Shown here one piece after another: positions 20,210 through 28,724 of a stretch of DNA of 64,000 nucleotides. The DNA lies in assembly GCA_963723325.1 (NCBI GenBank), contig CAVRQK010000018.1:78368-142367 (forward strand). Reading direction: 5' to 3'. The DNA comes from an uncultured Solirubrobacteraceae bacterium. Its GTDB lineage: Bacteria; Actinomycetota; Thermoleophilia; Solirubrobacterales; Solirubrobacteraceae. Position numbers and translations under genes: made by a program. Position 1 is the stretch's first letter. Each line of letters begins with the position of its first letter. The notes below the pieces were generated by a model. It made no database searches, was not told the DNA's origin, and was given only the letters and a program-made list of their open reading frames with translations.

Positions 20210-21269
20210 TCGCGGTCAGGCGAATAGGAGCGATGGCGGTGATGGGCGCGATGGCGGCGCTGACCACACAGGCCGGCGCGGTGGCGCCGATCCCCACGCC
20301 CACCGCTCCGCTGCCAAGCGTGCCGGCGCCCTCTCCGACAGCGCCGGCGGCAGGCCAGTTGAGCCTGAAGCTGCAGCGGGTCGGGCGGCAGCCCGCCGTT
20401 TGCGCCGGTGGGCCGACGCATCGAGTTCAAGGGCGCGGTCACGCCGTACGTGGCCGGGCAGACGGTCAAGGTGAGCTTCTACCGCGACGGGCACAAGGTC
20501 GATGTGACGGTGGCGCCGGTACTTCCGGCGCGCAATGGGACGGGACAGTTCGGCGTGTCGTTTACGAGCAGGTATGCCGGCCGGGTGCAGGCAAGGGCCG
20601 TGCACTATGCAACCCCCCAGCAGGCCGAGTTCAGCGCGCATGCGCCGTCTGTGCAGATCGTGAACGTCAACCTGGGCCTGGGCTCGCAGGGGCAGTCGGT
20701 GCGTCTGTTGCAGGCGGAGTTGGATGCGCTGCACTACGCGGTGCCACTGAACGGAACCTTCGAAGAAGGCACCGGGCGAGCGTTGGTGGCCTATCGCAAG
20801 ATGACCGGCCTGGAACGCATTCCGTCCGCGGGCCGCCAGGTGTTCGAGCTGCTGGAGCGCGGCGCCGGAAAGTTCCACGTGCGCTACCGCGGCGACGGGC
20901 GCCACGTGGAGGCGGACCTGACCAGGCAGGTGCTGGCGGAGATCGAACCGGGCGGCAAGGTGCGCACGATCTACACCATCAGCTCGGGCAAGCCGTCCAC
21001 GCCGACCGTGCTGGGGCGCTTTCGCGTCTACATGAAGACCCCGGGCGAAAACAGCCGAGGGGATGGTGGACTCCAACTACTTCATCCGCGGCTATGCCAT
21101 CCACGGCTACGCGGAAGTGCCGACGTATGCGGCCAGCCACGGCTGCCTGCGCGTGCCGATCCCAGACGCGGCGGCGATCTACGGCTGGGTTCGGGAAGGT
21201 ACGCCGGTGGACGTCTACTACGAGGACGGTCGCGCCAGCACCGCGGTGCGCAACAACGCCGGGCCGTAG
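20206..21269 (+). CDS. secreted L,D-transpeptidase family protein with PG-binding-like segment (apparent frameshifts at about 20400 and 21055)
   Basis: Signal peptide; ISSGKPSTPTVLGRF; YAIHGY...ASHGCLRV. Confidence 0.85.
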
Positions 21270-21278
21270 GCCCGCAGC

Positions 21279-21623
21279 TCAGGCCCGCACGCTGAGGTAG
21301 CGAACCACGTAGCCCACGCCGAGCCCGTAGACCAGCAGCGACAGCACCAGCCTCACGAGCTGATAGCCCCATTCGCTGCTCGAGGAGGACACGATGCCGG
21401 CGAACGGCGAGGTGATCTTTTCGGCGACTTCGTCGATCCCTTTGTGCAATTCGCTGGGATGGCTGCCGGCCGAAGTGGTCGCGTGGCTGGTCTGCCCCCC
21501 CGACTGCGCGACCACTTCCTGCTGCTGCCCGGAGGCGTTGGTGGACTGGTCAACCACGAAGATTACGAACGAGGCGACCACGAACAGGCAGGCGATCATC
21601 GATACAACCCTGAGCAATCGCAT
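21279..21623 (-). CDS. hypothetical membrane protein (2 TM)
   Basis: Two hydrophobic segments; plausible codon usage. Confidence 0.6.
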   Translation of the reverse strand: MRLLRVVSMIACLFVVASFVIFVVDQSTNASGQQQEVVAQSGGQTSHATTSAGSHPSELHKGIDEVAEKITSPFAGIVSSSSSEWGYQLVRLVLSLLVYGLGVGYVVRYLSVRA

Positions 21624-21668
21624 GATCGAGTAGGCCATAACGCTAGATTAGGGTTCGCGGTGGACGCC

Positions 21669-22250
21669 ATGGACGAATATACGAGCGACCTTGCGCACGC
21701 CAAACGGCGACTGGTACAGGAGCTGCGCGAGCACGCGCTGATCGTCGGGCAGGTGACGCTCACCAGCGGCGCCGTGGCCGAGTACTACGTGGACGCCAAG
21801 CGCGCCATCCTGCTGCCGGCGGGCTTTACGGCGCTGGCCGTGCTGGTGGCGTCGCAGGTGGCCGAGTGGGGCGGCACGGCGGTGGGCGGGCTGACTATGG
21901 GCGCCGACCCGGTGGCGTGCGCGGCGCTGGCAGGTGGCGCGGAGGCGAAGGCGTTCTTCGTGCGCAAGGACGCCAAGGCGCACGGGCTGCAGCGACGAAT
22001 CGAGGGTCCGCCGCTGCTGGTGGAGGATCGCTGCGTGGTGGTGGAGGACGTTGTCACCACCGGCGGCTCCACGCTTGCGGCGATCGCGGCGCTGACCGAC
22101 GCGGGCCATGAGATCTGCGGTGTGATCAGCGTGCTGGACCGCCTGGCGGGTGGCGGTGCGACGATCGAGCGCGAGGCCGGGGCGCCGTATGTGGCGCTGA
22201 GCACGATCGACGAGGTGTACCCCGAGCGCCCGGACAGGGTCAGCGAGTGA
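21669..22250 (+). CDS. pyrE: orotate phosphoribosyltransferase
   Basis: TLTSG...YYVD, FFVRK..KAHG and VVVEDVVTTGGS. Confidence 0.92.
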   Translation: MDEYTSDLAHAKRRLVQELREHALIVGQVTLTSGAVAEYYVDAKRAILLPAGFTALAVLVASQVAEWGGTAVGGLTMGADPVACAALAGGAEAKAFFVRKDAKAHGLQRRIEGPPLLVEDRCVVVEDVVTTGGSTLAAIAALTDAGHEICGVISVLDRLAGGGATIEREAGAPYVALSTIDEVYPERPDRVSE

Positions 22251-22777
22251 CGTCCACCGCTGAGGCAGGCGAGGGTGAGCAGACCACGATCCGTGCGGCC
22301 CGCCCGGAAGACGTGCCGCTGCTTCTGGAGCTGTTTGGCGAGCTGGCCGACTACGAGCACCTGCGCCACGAACTGCACGCCACCGAGGAGTTGATCCACG
22401 AGGCGCTGTTCGGCCAGCGCCCGGCGGCCGAGGCGCTGATCGCCCAGCATGGTGCGCACACGGCCGGATACGCCGTGTACTACCCCACTTTTTCCACGTT
22501 CCTGTCGATCCAGGGCGTGTGGCTGGAGGACCTGTTCGTGCGCCCCGATCACCGTGGCGCAGGGGTCGGCAGGGCGCTGCTTGCGGCGGTTGCAGCGCGC
22601 ACACGCCAGCGCGGCGGCCAGCGCCTGGAATGGTCGGCGCTGGACTGGAACGCGCTGGCGCTCGGCTTCTACAAAAGCATCGGCGCCAAGACCATGAACG
22701 AGTGGATCACCCATCGCATGATCGGCGAGGACCTCGAGCGCCTGGCCGGCGAATCGGGCGCTCACCCGATCGGCTAG
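22247..22777 (+). CDS. GNAT N-acetyltransferase (SSAT-like)
   Basis: WLEDLFVRPDHRGAGVGRAL; LEWSALDWN..A.GFY. Confidence 0.9.
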   Translation: MTSTAEAGEGEQTTIRAARPEDVPLLLELFGELADYEHLRHELHATEELIHEALFGQRPAAEALIAQHGAHTAGYAVYYPTFSTFLSIQGVWLEDLFVRPDHRGAGVGRALLAAVAARTRQRGGQRLEWSALDWNALALGFYKSIGAKTMNEWITHRMIGEDLERLAGESGAHPIG

Positions 22778-22799
22778 CGCCGGTAGCCTTGGTAGCTGC

Positions 22800-22871
22800 G
22801 CCCTCGTAGTCCAATGGATAAGACGACCGCCTCCTAAGCGGTAGATCCAGGTTCGACTCCTGGCGGGGGCA
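22800..22871 (+). tRNA. tRNA-Arg(CCT)
   Basis: Acceptor GCCCTCG/CGGGGGC; anticodon stem ACCGC/GCGGT with loop CTCCTAA; T-loop TTCGACT; CCA not encoded. Confidence 0.95.
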
Positions 22872-22941
22872 TTCCAAAATCGTCAGTGAGATCGCGTCAA
22901 CCTGTGCTGTAACGGACATACGACGTAGTAGCCTCACGGTA

Positions 22942-23493
22942 ATGGGTGTGATCCAAGAGCTGGCGAGCGAGCTCGATGTCGAGGAGCGCACTTTGCGTAG
23001 GGCGGTCGCGCAGGGAGCCGTACGTGCCACGCGCACTGGACCGCGCAGACTGCGGCTGGCACCTGGTGAGCGTGAGTATCTCCGAGCTCATTGGCTGCTT
23101 CTTTCTCAGCTTCGCCGGGCACTCCGGACCGAGCATGCGGTTCGTCTGGCGGTGCTCTACGGTTCGCTCGCGCGAGGCGATGAGGATGATGGCTCTGACC
23201 TAGACCTCTTGATCTCGTTTGCAGATGATCGCCCCTTGACCGGTTCCAGATTGGCTGTGCGCTTGCAACGTGTCAGTGGGCGCCGTGTCGATATCGCCCG
23301 TCTGGAGCGGGTGGAGGCTCAGACGCCGCTTCTTCTGGACCGGGCCGTTGGAGAGGGACGCGTCCTGATAGACCGCGACGGTGAGTGGGAGAGGCTGTGC
23401 AAGGGCCACTCAGCGCTACATGCGCGCGCACTCCGCGCCCACCGGCGCCAGATGGCCGGCGCGGCCCGCGCAATCGAGGAACTGATTGCGTGA
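22942..23493 (+). CDS. HTH + minimal nucleotidyltransferase (MNT) antitoxin-like protein
   Basis: N-terminal IQELASELDVEERTLRR; LYGSLARGD....SDLDLLI; VDIA. Confidence 0.85.
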   Translation: MGVIQELASELDVEERTLRRAVAQGAVRATRTGPRRLRLAPGEREYLRAHWLLLSQLRRALRTEHAVRLAVLYGSLARGDEDDGSDLDLLISFADDRPLTGSRLAVRLQRVSGRRVDIARLERVEAQTPLLLDRAVGEGRVLIDRDGEWERLCKGHSALHARALRAHRRQMAGAARAIEELIA

Positions 23494-23865
23494 GTGACGA
23501 TTTGCCGGCAAGGATCGGTCGTACCGCTCTTGTGGTCGAGCAGGCTCGGTTGGCCCGCTTCTTCCAGACCATCAACAAGCACCGCAAGGCCCTCGACCTG
23601 GCGATAGAAGAGAACTTCAGCGGCAGACTCGCAGGTATTCGAGGCGCTAGTCTCGGACAGTGGTCTGAGCAACGATCAAGCCGCGCTGATGAATGAGCTC
23701 TACGTTCTCGAGGGACGCCTCGAGCACGCTTCTCCGGACGTTGACGCCGAGGAAGTCCGCGACTCCATCGAGCGATTCCGCCAAGCACTCCCACAGCTGA
23801 TTGAGAGCACCCGTGCCTGGCTGATCCGTCACGGCGTCGAGATTCATGACCAGCACGAATCGTGA
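23490..23865 (+). pseudogene. HEPN-like partner of the MNT, frame broken near 23625
   Basis: GTG overlaps MNT stop; second frame reads ELYVLEGRLEHASPDVDAEEV, resembling the HEPN RxxxxH region. Confidence 0.55.
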
Positions 23866-23908
23866 CCGGCTACGCCGAACGCCAGATCCGCAGGGATTGA
23901 CTACACAA

Positions 23909-24187
23909 ATGACAGTGACCATCGGCAGCCTGACCTTTGACCACTCCTCCTACGACGACCGGGGAGACGTGCTCTATCTGCACGTTGGAGATCGCCAGTC
24001 GGCGGCGGTGAGCGAGGAGACGCCCGAGGGGCACGTCCTGCGCTTCAACGCTCAGGGTGAGGTCATCGGGCTAACGATCATCAACGCCAAGTGGCTGCTC
24101 AAACGCGATCACGTCATCAACGTCACGGTCCCCGAGCATGTCGCCGTCAGCCCGGACACCCTTGCGGAGGCGCTGGCCGCAGCCTGA
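23909..24187 (+). CDS. DUF2283 family protein
   Basis: YDDRGDVLYLHV...EETPEGHVLRFNAQGEVIGLTI. Confidence 0.8.
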   Translation: MTVTIGSLTFDHSSYDDRGDVLYLHVGDRQSAAVSEETPEGHVLRFNAQGEVIGLTIINAKWLLKRDHVINVTVPEHVAVSPDTLAEALAAA

Positions 24188-24265
24188 CGAGTGCCGCATC
24201 CTCTGGCCGTCGCTGCCTGGGGTGCTCGCTGCCTCGTCACTGAACGCCGATAAGCAGGGCGTGAT

Positions 24266-24430
24266 TCAGGCGCGGAGCAGGCCGGCCGGGAGCAGCGTCT
24301 CAAATGGCTCGGGCTTGTGGAAGTAGCTGGAGTGGGTGCGCCCACGCACAACGTATTCGCGTTCGCGGATAGAGCGGAACTCACCACTGCTGCGGTGCAT
24401 CACGTCGGGAGCTGGCCCGGCGTTTGCCAT
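24266..24430 (-). CDS. small hypothetical protein (54 aa)
   Basis: GGAGAG RBS then ATG 24430: MANAGPAPDVMHRSSGEFRSIREREYVVRG...; below ORF-track cutoff. Confidence 0.4.
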   Translation of the reverse strand: MANAGPAPDVMHRSSGEFRSIREREYVVRGRTHSSYFHKPEPFETLLPAGLLRA

Positions 24431-24490
24431 TGCTCTCCACCAAGTCGTTCCAAGGGCGCCCGCGTCTCGCCACCGCCCCGCCTAGCGCTC

Positions 24491-24718
24491 TCAGGCGCTA
24501 GCAGCAAGCATTTTCGACGTGATGACGCGCTCGCGCCCGTCGGCCGACACGAGGACAACGGCATAACCCTCATCGAATGCACGGGTGATCTCTTGGCCAG
24601 CGTGGGGCGAGTTGGCATCGATGAAAGCGGCGTGTTCGGGATAAGGCGACTTGCCCTCGATCGCCAGGTCGATGGCGCGATCCATGGCCTTCGCGGTGGG
24701 CGACTCGGAGGGGTTCAT
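24491..24718 (-). CDS. hypothetical protein, putative antitoxin
   Basis: ATGA overlap with upstream ORF; 75 aa. Confidence 0.55.
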   Translation of the reverse strand: MNPSESPTAKAMDRAIDLAIEGKSPYPEHAAFIDANSPHAGQEITRAFDEGYAVVLVSADGRERVITSKMLAASA

Positions 24719-25026
24719 GTTGTGCGCCATCCGGCGATCATCTCCTTGTAGTCGGTACGAACTGCAGCGATCGCAGTCCGCATCCCTTCCCCAAGGGTAC
24801 CGGCATGGAACGTCGTTGCGGGTGCCTTCTCACCGCGACGGTTGTGTCGGTGCATGTCGTTGACGCCGTGCGCGCCGTCGTATACGCGCACGGTTGTTGT
24901 GCCGGCGTCGTGATCGACCGTGAGAACCACGGCGTAGTCCACGACGGTACTTCGGTCGGTCACGAACTCGACAACGAGGCGCGCCCCGATCTCGTAGTCC
25001 AGCACGTCTCGGTAGCGATGGTTCAT
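24715..25026 (-). CDS. putative toxin, DUF7718/TumE-like
   Basis: VVDYAVVL...VRVYDGAHGVNDMHRH motif. Confidence 0.55.
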   Translation of the reverse strand: MNHRYRDVLDYEIGARLVVEFVTDRSTVVDYAVVLTVDHDAGTTTVRVYDGAHGVNDMHRHNRRGEKAPATTFHAGTLGEGMRTAIAAVRTDYKEMIAGWRTT

Positions 25027-25311
25027 GCCCGCGCTTTCTCGCGTCGGGTTCGCGTCCCTGGGCTTCCGTGTGCTGTGTCTGCGAGCGCGAACTCGGGCAT
25101 GACACCGAGCCTTCCAGCCAGCTCGGACGCCACCTGCTCAGTTTCGGTAGAGGCATCCCAATTCAGCCGACGCAATGGGCAGCAGCTCGATTCTGCTGCC
25201 CAAACCCCGCCAAATCGCACCCAATCCGACCACATCCATCTTCGCTGCGAAGGCCCGAATCGTCAGTAACCGCCTAGAACGACGGCCGTTTCAGCCGAGA
25301 CCCGCATCAGT

Positions 25312-25341
25312 CTCCTAAGCGCTCCTAAGCGCTCCTAAGCG
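25312..25341 (+). repeat. three tandem copies of CTCCTAAGCG (tRNA anticodon-loop core)
   Basis: Exact units at 25312, 25322 and 25332. Confidence 0.95.
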
Positions 25342-25372
25342 GTAAATCCAGGTTCGACTCCCGGCGGGGGCA
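25332..25372 (+). repeat. attR-like copy of tRNA-Arg 3' half
   Basis: ctcctaagcggtaaatccaggttcgactcccggcgggggca; 2 mismatches to the tRNA. Confidence 0.9.
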
Positions 25373-25399
25373 CCTGTTGACCTTGAGGGATTGGTGTCA

Positions 25400-25666
25400 C
25401 TACGCAGTGGCGGCAGCGCGTCCCTGCGCCTGCGCGTACAGAGTCTCGGGTGCTATGTCCGCGTTGTTGGGCCAGACGATCGTGTTGGCCTCGGGATCTG
25501 AGCGCAGTTGCGCGAAGTAGCTTGGATCGCGCAGCGGCTCGAATACGCCTCCATAATCGAGCAGGTAAGAGAGGTTAACGTCGGCTGTTGTGCCATCTTC
25601 GAAGCAGACGTGGACGATATAGCCGTCGAGTGGCTTGGCTTCAGTGAGTCGGGGTGTGCTGCGCAT
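25400..25666 (-). CDS. DUF2442 family protein
   Basis: AKPLDGY.VHV.FEDG...GVFEPLRDP..F...TIVWPNNADIAPETLY. Confidence 0.85.
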   Translation of the reverse strand: MRSTPRLTEAKPLDGYIVHVCFEDGTTADVNLSYLLDYGGVFEPLRDPSYFAQLRSDPEANTIVWPNNADIAPETLYAQAQGRAAATA

Positions 25667-25686
25667 CACGATAAAGCGTAGACAGT

Positions 25687-25956
25687 TCAGGGCAGCGGGT
25701 CGATGGGCACAAGCGATTCGTGGCGGCGAGCGCGATCCCAATTCTCTCTGAGCTCGGTGGTGTGGACCCGCGCCCACTCGCCGACGAGTCGCCGTCCCCG
25801 TGGCGATATGCCGCCAGCGATGATGTTCAAGCTTGCAATGTCGAATGTAGCCTCGTCATCGCCATAGGTGGCATGGAAGTGCGGACGTCCGCTGTGATGT
25901 ACTTCGTCGTAGTACATCCAAATTACGATTCCGTAGAAGGCGCTGATCCGCGGCAT
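25687..25956 (-). CDS. DUF4160 family protein
   Basis: MPRISAFYGIVIWMY...PHFHA.Y...LVGEWA..H..EL.ENW...IDPL. Confidence 0.88.
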   Translation of the reverse strand: MPRISAFYGIVIWMYYDEVHHSGRPHFHATYGDDEATFDIASLNIIAGGISPRGRRLVGEWARVHTTELRENWDRARRHESLVPIDPLP

Positions 25957-26028
25957 CTCGGGCACGCTAGTCACGGCTTGTGATGCTTCAGTCGCCGGGG
26001 ACCCTGTTGCCCCCGTACGATCACAGTC

Positions 26029-27924
26029 GTGTCCACGGAGAGACGCGACCCGACCCACAGCTCAAGCGCCCCGGCCGGTCTCAGCGACGTGATCGACTTT
26101 CTGCGCGCCTATCCGCCGTTCGACGCGTTGGAGCTGGCCGACGTCCAGCGTGTGGCAGCTTCAGCCGAGGTCGAGTTCTTCCTGGCCGGCACGACCATCT
26201 TCGCCCAGGGCGCCCAGCCGATCGAGCATCTGCGCGTGGTGCGCAGCGGCGCGGTGGAGGTCGTGTTCGAGGACCGCGTGCTCGACCTGCTCGGGCCCGG
26301 TGAGCTGTTCGGCCACGCCTCGATGCTGTCGGGGCTGCCGCCGGGATTCGCCGCTCGCGCGCAAGAGGACACGCTCTGCTACCGCATCCCCCCGGACGTG
26401 GCGCGCGCTGCGCTGGCGCGACCGGAGAGCGTCGGCTTCGTGGCGCGCTCGCTGCTGGAGATGCAGACGCAGACCTCGTTGGTGCTGATGCCGCGCAAGC
26501 CGGCGCCCGACCCAGCCAACCAGCCTGTCGCAGCCCTGGTTCGCGACCCGCCGCTGCTCTGCGCGCCGTCCACCACCATCCGCGAGGCGGCTGCCAAGAT
26601 GGCCGCCGCTCCGGCCAGCTCGATCGTGGTCGACCTCGGCCACTCCTTCGGCATCCTCACCGACCGCGACCTGCGCTCACGTGTGGTTGCCGCCGGCGTC
26701 TCCTACGACGCGCCCGTGTCCTCCGTGATGAGCGCCCCCGCCTACACCGTCGGCCCGGACAGCCTTGGCGGGGACGTGCTGCTGGAGATGCTCGACCGCG
26801 GGGTCCGCCACTTCCCCGTCACCACCGCCGCCCGTGAGCTGATCGGTGTGGTCGAGGCCGTCGATCTGCTCGCCGTCGAGACGCTGTCCTCGTTTCACCT
26901 GCGTCGTGCCATCGCTCGCGCCGACAGCGTCGACGAGCTCGCCCGCGCCGCACGTGGGCTGCGCCTGACGGTGATCGCCCTGCACGACGCACGCGTGGCA
27001 GCATCGAGCGTCGCTGCCATCTATTCGGTCGTGCTCGATGCGCTCACCCGCCGTCTGATCGAGCTCGCGCTCAACTCCGCCGGTGCGCCGCCGGCGGACT
27101 TCTCCTGGCTGGTGCTCGGCAGCCAGGCGCGGCGCGAGGCCACGCCCGGATCCGATGCCGACAGCGCGATCGTGTGGTACGGCGACGCCGGCGAGGAGGT
27201 TGTGCGGCCCTACCTGCACGCACTGGCAGGCACGGTGACCGCCGGTCTTGGCGAGTGCGGGATTCAGGTGGACAGCCACGGCGCCACCGCGTCGGACGTG
27301 CTGTTCGTGCGCTCGATCGAGTCCTGGCAGCGAGTGGCGCGCAACTGGATCGAGCACCCAACCGGCGAGCAGGCGGTGATCCTCGTCTCGGTGCTGGTCG
27401 ACAGCCGGCCGGTGTGGGGCGTCTCCAGCGGCAGTCCCGTGTCGGACACGTTCCGCGGCGCCAGGTCCAAGCCCGAGCTGCTGCGCCTGCTCGCACGGCT
27501 TGCGCTCGCCCATCGCCCACCGACCGGGTTCCTGCGCGGCCTGGTCGTCGAGCACGACGGCGAGCACCGCGGGCACCTCGACATCAAGAACGGCGGCCTG
27601 CTGCCCGTCGTCGACCTCGCGCGGTGGGCGGGAATGGCAGCGGGAGTGACGAGCGCCTCCACGCTCGAGCGCCTGCGCGCTGCCGGCGACGCGGGCGCGC
27701 TGCCGGCGGCCGACCTGCACACTCTCAAGGACGCCTTCGAGCTGTTCAGCGAGCTGCGCATGGAGCACCAGGTCGCCCAACTGCGCGCTGGCCAGACGCC
27801 CGACGACCACGTCGACCCCAACCAGCTCAGCGCCCTCACGCGCAGCCATCTCAGGGAGGCGTTTCGGGCGGTCGCCTCCGTGCAGAAGCGCATCGCAGCC
27901 GAACTGAGCTTCGGAGCGAGATGA
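26029..27924 (+). CDS. cNMP-binding/CBS/DUF294 putative nucleotidyltransferase signalling protein
   Basis: cNMP domain (GELFG), GILTDRDLR CBS, LGSQARRE...SDAD and LDIK.GGL.P. Confidence 0.88.
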   Translation: MSTERRDPTHSSSAPAGLSDVIDFLRAYPPFDALELADVQRVAASAEVEFFLAGTTIFAQGAQPIEHLRVVRSGAVEVVFEDRVLDLLGPGELFGHASMLSGLPPGFAARAQEDTLCYRIPPDVARAALARPESVGFVARSLLEMQTQTSLVLMPRKPAPDPANQPVAALVRDPPLLCAPSTTIREAAAKMAAAPASSIVVDLGHSFGILTDRDLRSRVVAAGVSYDAPVSSVMSAPAYTVGPDSLGGDVLLEMLDRGVRHFPVTTAARELIGVVEAVDLLAVETLSSFHLRRAIARADSVDELARAARGLRLTVIALHDARVAASSVAAIYSVVLDALTRRLIELALNSAGAPPADFSWLVLGSQARREATPGSDADSAIVWYGDAGEEVVRPYLHALAGTVTAGLGECGIQVDSHGATASDVLFVRSIESWQRVARNWIEHPTGEQAVILVSVLVDSRPVWGVSSGSPVSDTFRGARSKPELLRLLARLALAHRPPTGFLRGLVVEHDGEHRGHLDIKNGGLLPVVDLARWAGMAAGVTSASTLERLRAAGDAGALPAADLHTLKDAFELFSELRMEHQVAQLRAGQTPDDHVDPNQLSALTRSHLREAFRAVASVQKRIAAELSFGAR

Positions 27925-28607
27925 GGATCGGCCGCGCGGCCCGCGGCCCCGGCGCCGCCGCTTACAGGAGCACGCGCCTGCCTCGCGGGCGCACGCCGTG
28001 GCGCGAGGCGCGCTACTGCGCGGTCGACCTGGAGCTCAGCGGCCTCGATCCGCTCCAGCACGAGATCGTGTCCTTCGGCGCCGTTCCGATCCAGGAAGGG
28101 CGTGTCCAGCTGGGCGAATCCATACATGGGCGTGTCCGTCCACTGCACCCAATCAGCGAGGCATCGATCCGGGTGCACGGGCTGCGCAGCGCCGATCTCG
28201 CCGACGCGCCGCCGCTGGATGTGGCGATCGATCCGCTGCTGGCGCTCATGGCGGGCAGGATCCCCGTGGTGCACGTGGCCGCAATCGAGCGCGGCTTCCT
28301 GCGCCCGGCGCTGCGCCGGCAGGGTGTGCGCCTGCGCGGGCCGATGATCGACACCAGCGTGCTTGGGCTGGTGTGGATGCACGAGCGAGACGGCCACGGT
28401 CCGCGGCGCGTGTCGCTCAGCGACCTCGCCCAAGCGCTCGGCCTGCCCTCGCACCATCCCCACGACGCGGTCGGCGATGCGCTGACCACCGCCCAGGTGT
28501 TCGTGGCGCTGGCCACGCATCTGGACGCACGCCAGCCCGAGACCGTCAGGCGTCTCACCTCAGCCGGCCGGCGGCTGGAGTCGCTGCTGGCCTACCCCGT
28601 GCGATGA
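27921..28607 (+). CDS. DEDDh 3'-5' exonuclease (DUF294-associated)
   Basis: AVDLELSGLD, IDT and HDAVGDALTTA; ATGA overlap. Confidence 0.85.
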   Translation: MRIGRAARGPGAAAYRSTRLPRGRTPWREARYCAVDLELSGLDPLQHEIVSFGAVPIQEGRVQLGESIHGRVRPLHPISEASIRVHGLRSADLADAPPLDVAIDPLLALMAGRIPVVHVAAIERGFLRPALRRQGVRLRGPMIDTSVLGLVWMHERDGHGPRRVSLSDLAQALGLPSHHPHDAVGDALTTAQVFVALATHLDARQPETVRRLTSAGRRLESLLAYPVR

Positions 28608-28646
28608 GTTTGAGATGGAGGCCGCGCGGGCCAGTACCTCTATACC

Positions 28647-28724
28647 AACCTATAGGTTCATGACTTAGTCTGATTTCATAACCTATAAGTTGAGATAATG
28701 CACGGTTGTGTTAACCTATAGCTA
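28647..28724. promoter_or_regulatory. three AACCTATA(G/A)-type operator boxes at 33-bp spacing
   Basis: AACCTATAGGTT at 28647, AACCTATAAGTT at 28680, AACCTATAGCTA at 28713. Confidence 0.7.

Larger units (their letters stand above)
22831..25372. mobile_element. small integrase-less genomic island bounded by tRNA-Arg 3' direct repeat
   Basis: 22831-22871 repeated at 25332-25372 (39/41 identical); TA-type cargo between. Confidence 0.75.

Noticed and set aside
17414-21300. Very long ORFs 17414..20032(-) and 17977..21300(+)
   Set aside because: Arg/Gly/Ala-rich off-frame or antisense shadows typical of high-GC DNA; only the LDT signal-peptide segment in the latter is real
25068-25277. Tyrosine integrase C-terminal remnant (RELGH...)
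   Set aside because: No catalytic Tyr at the expected spacing and no other recombinase motifs; too weak to call
25312-25372. CRISPR array or second tRNA
   Set aside because: Repeats are 10 bp with no spacers and there are no cas genes; the tRNA copy lacks the 5' acceptor strand and D arm
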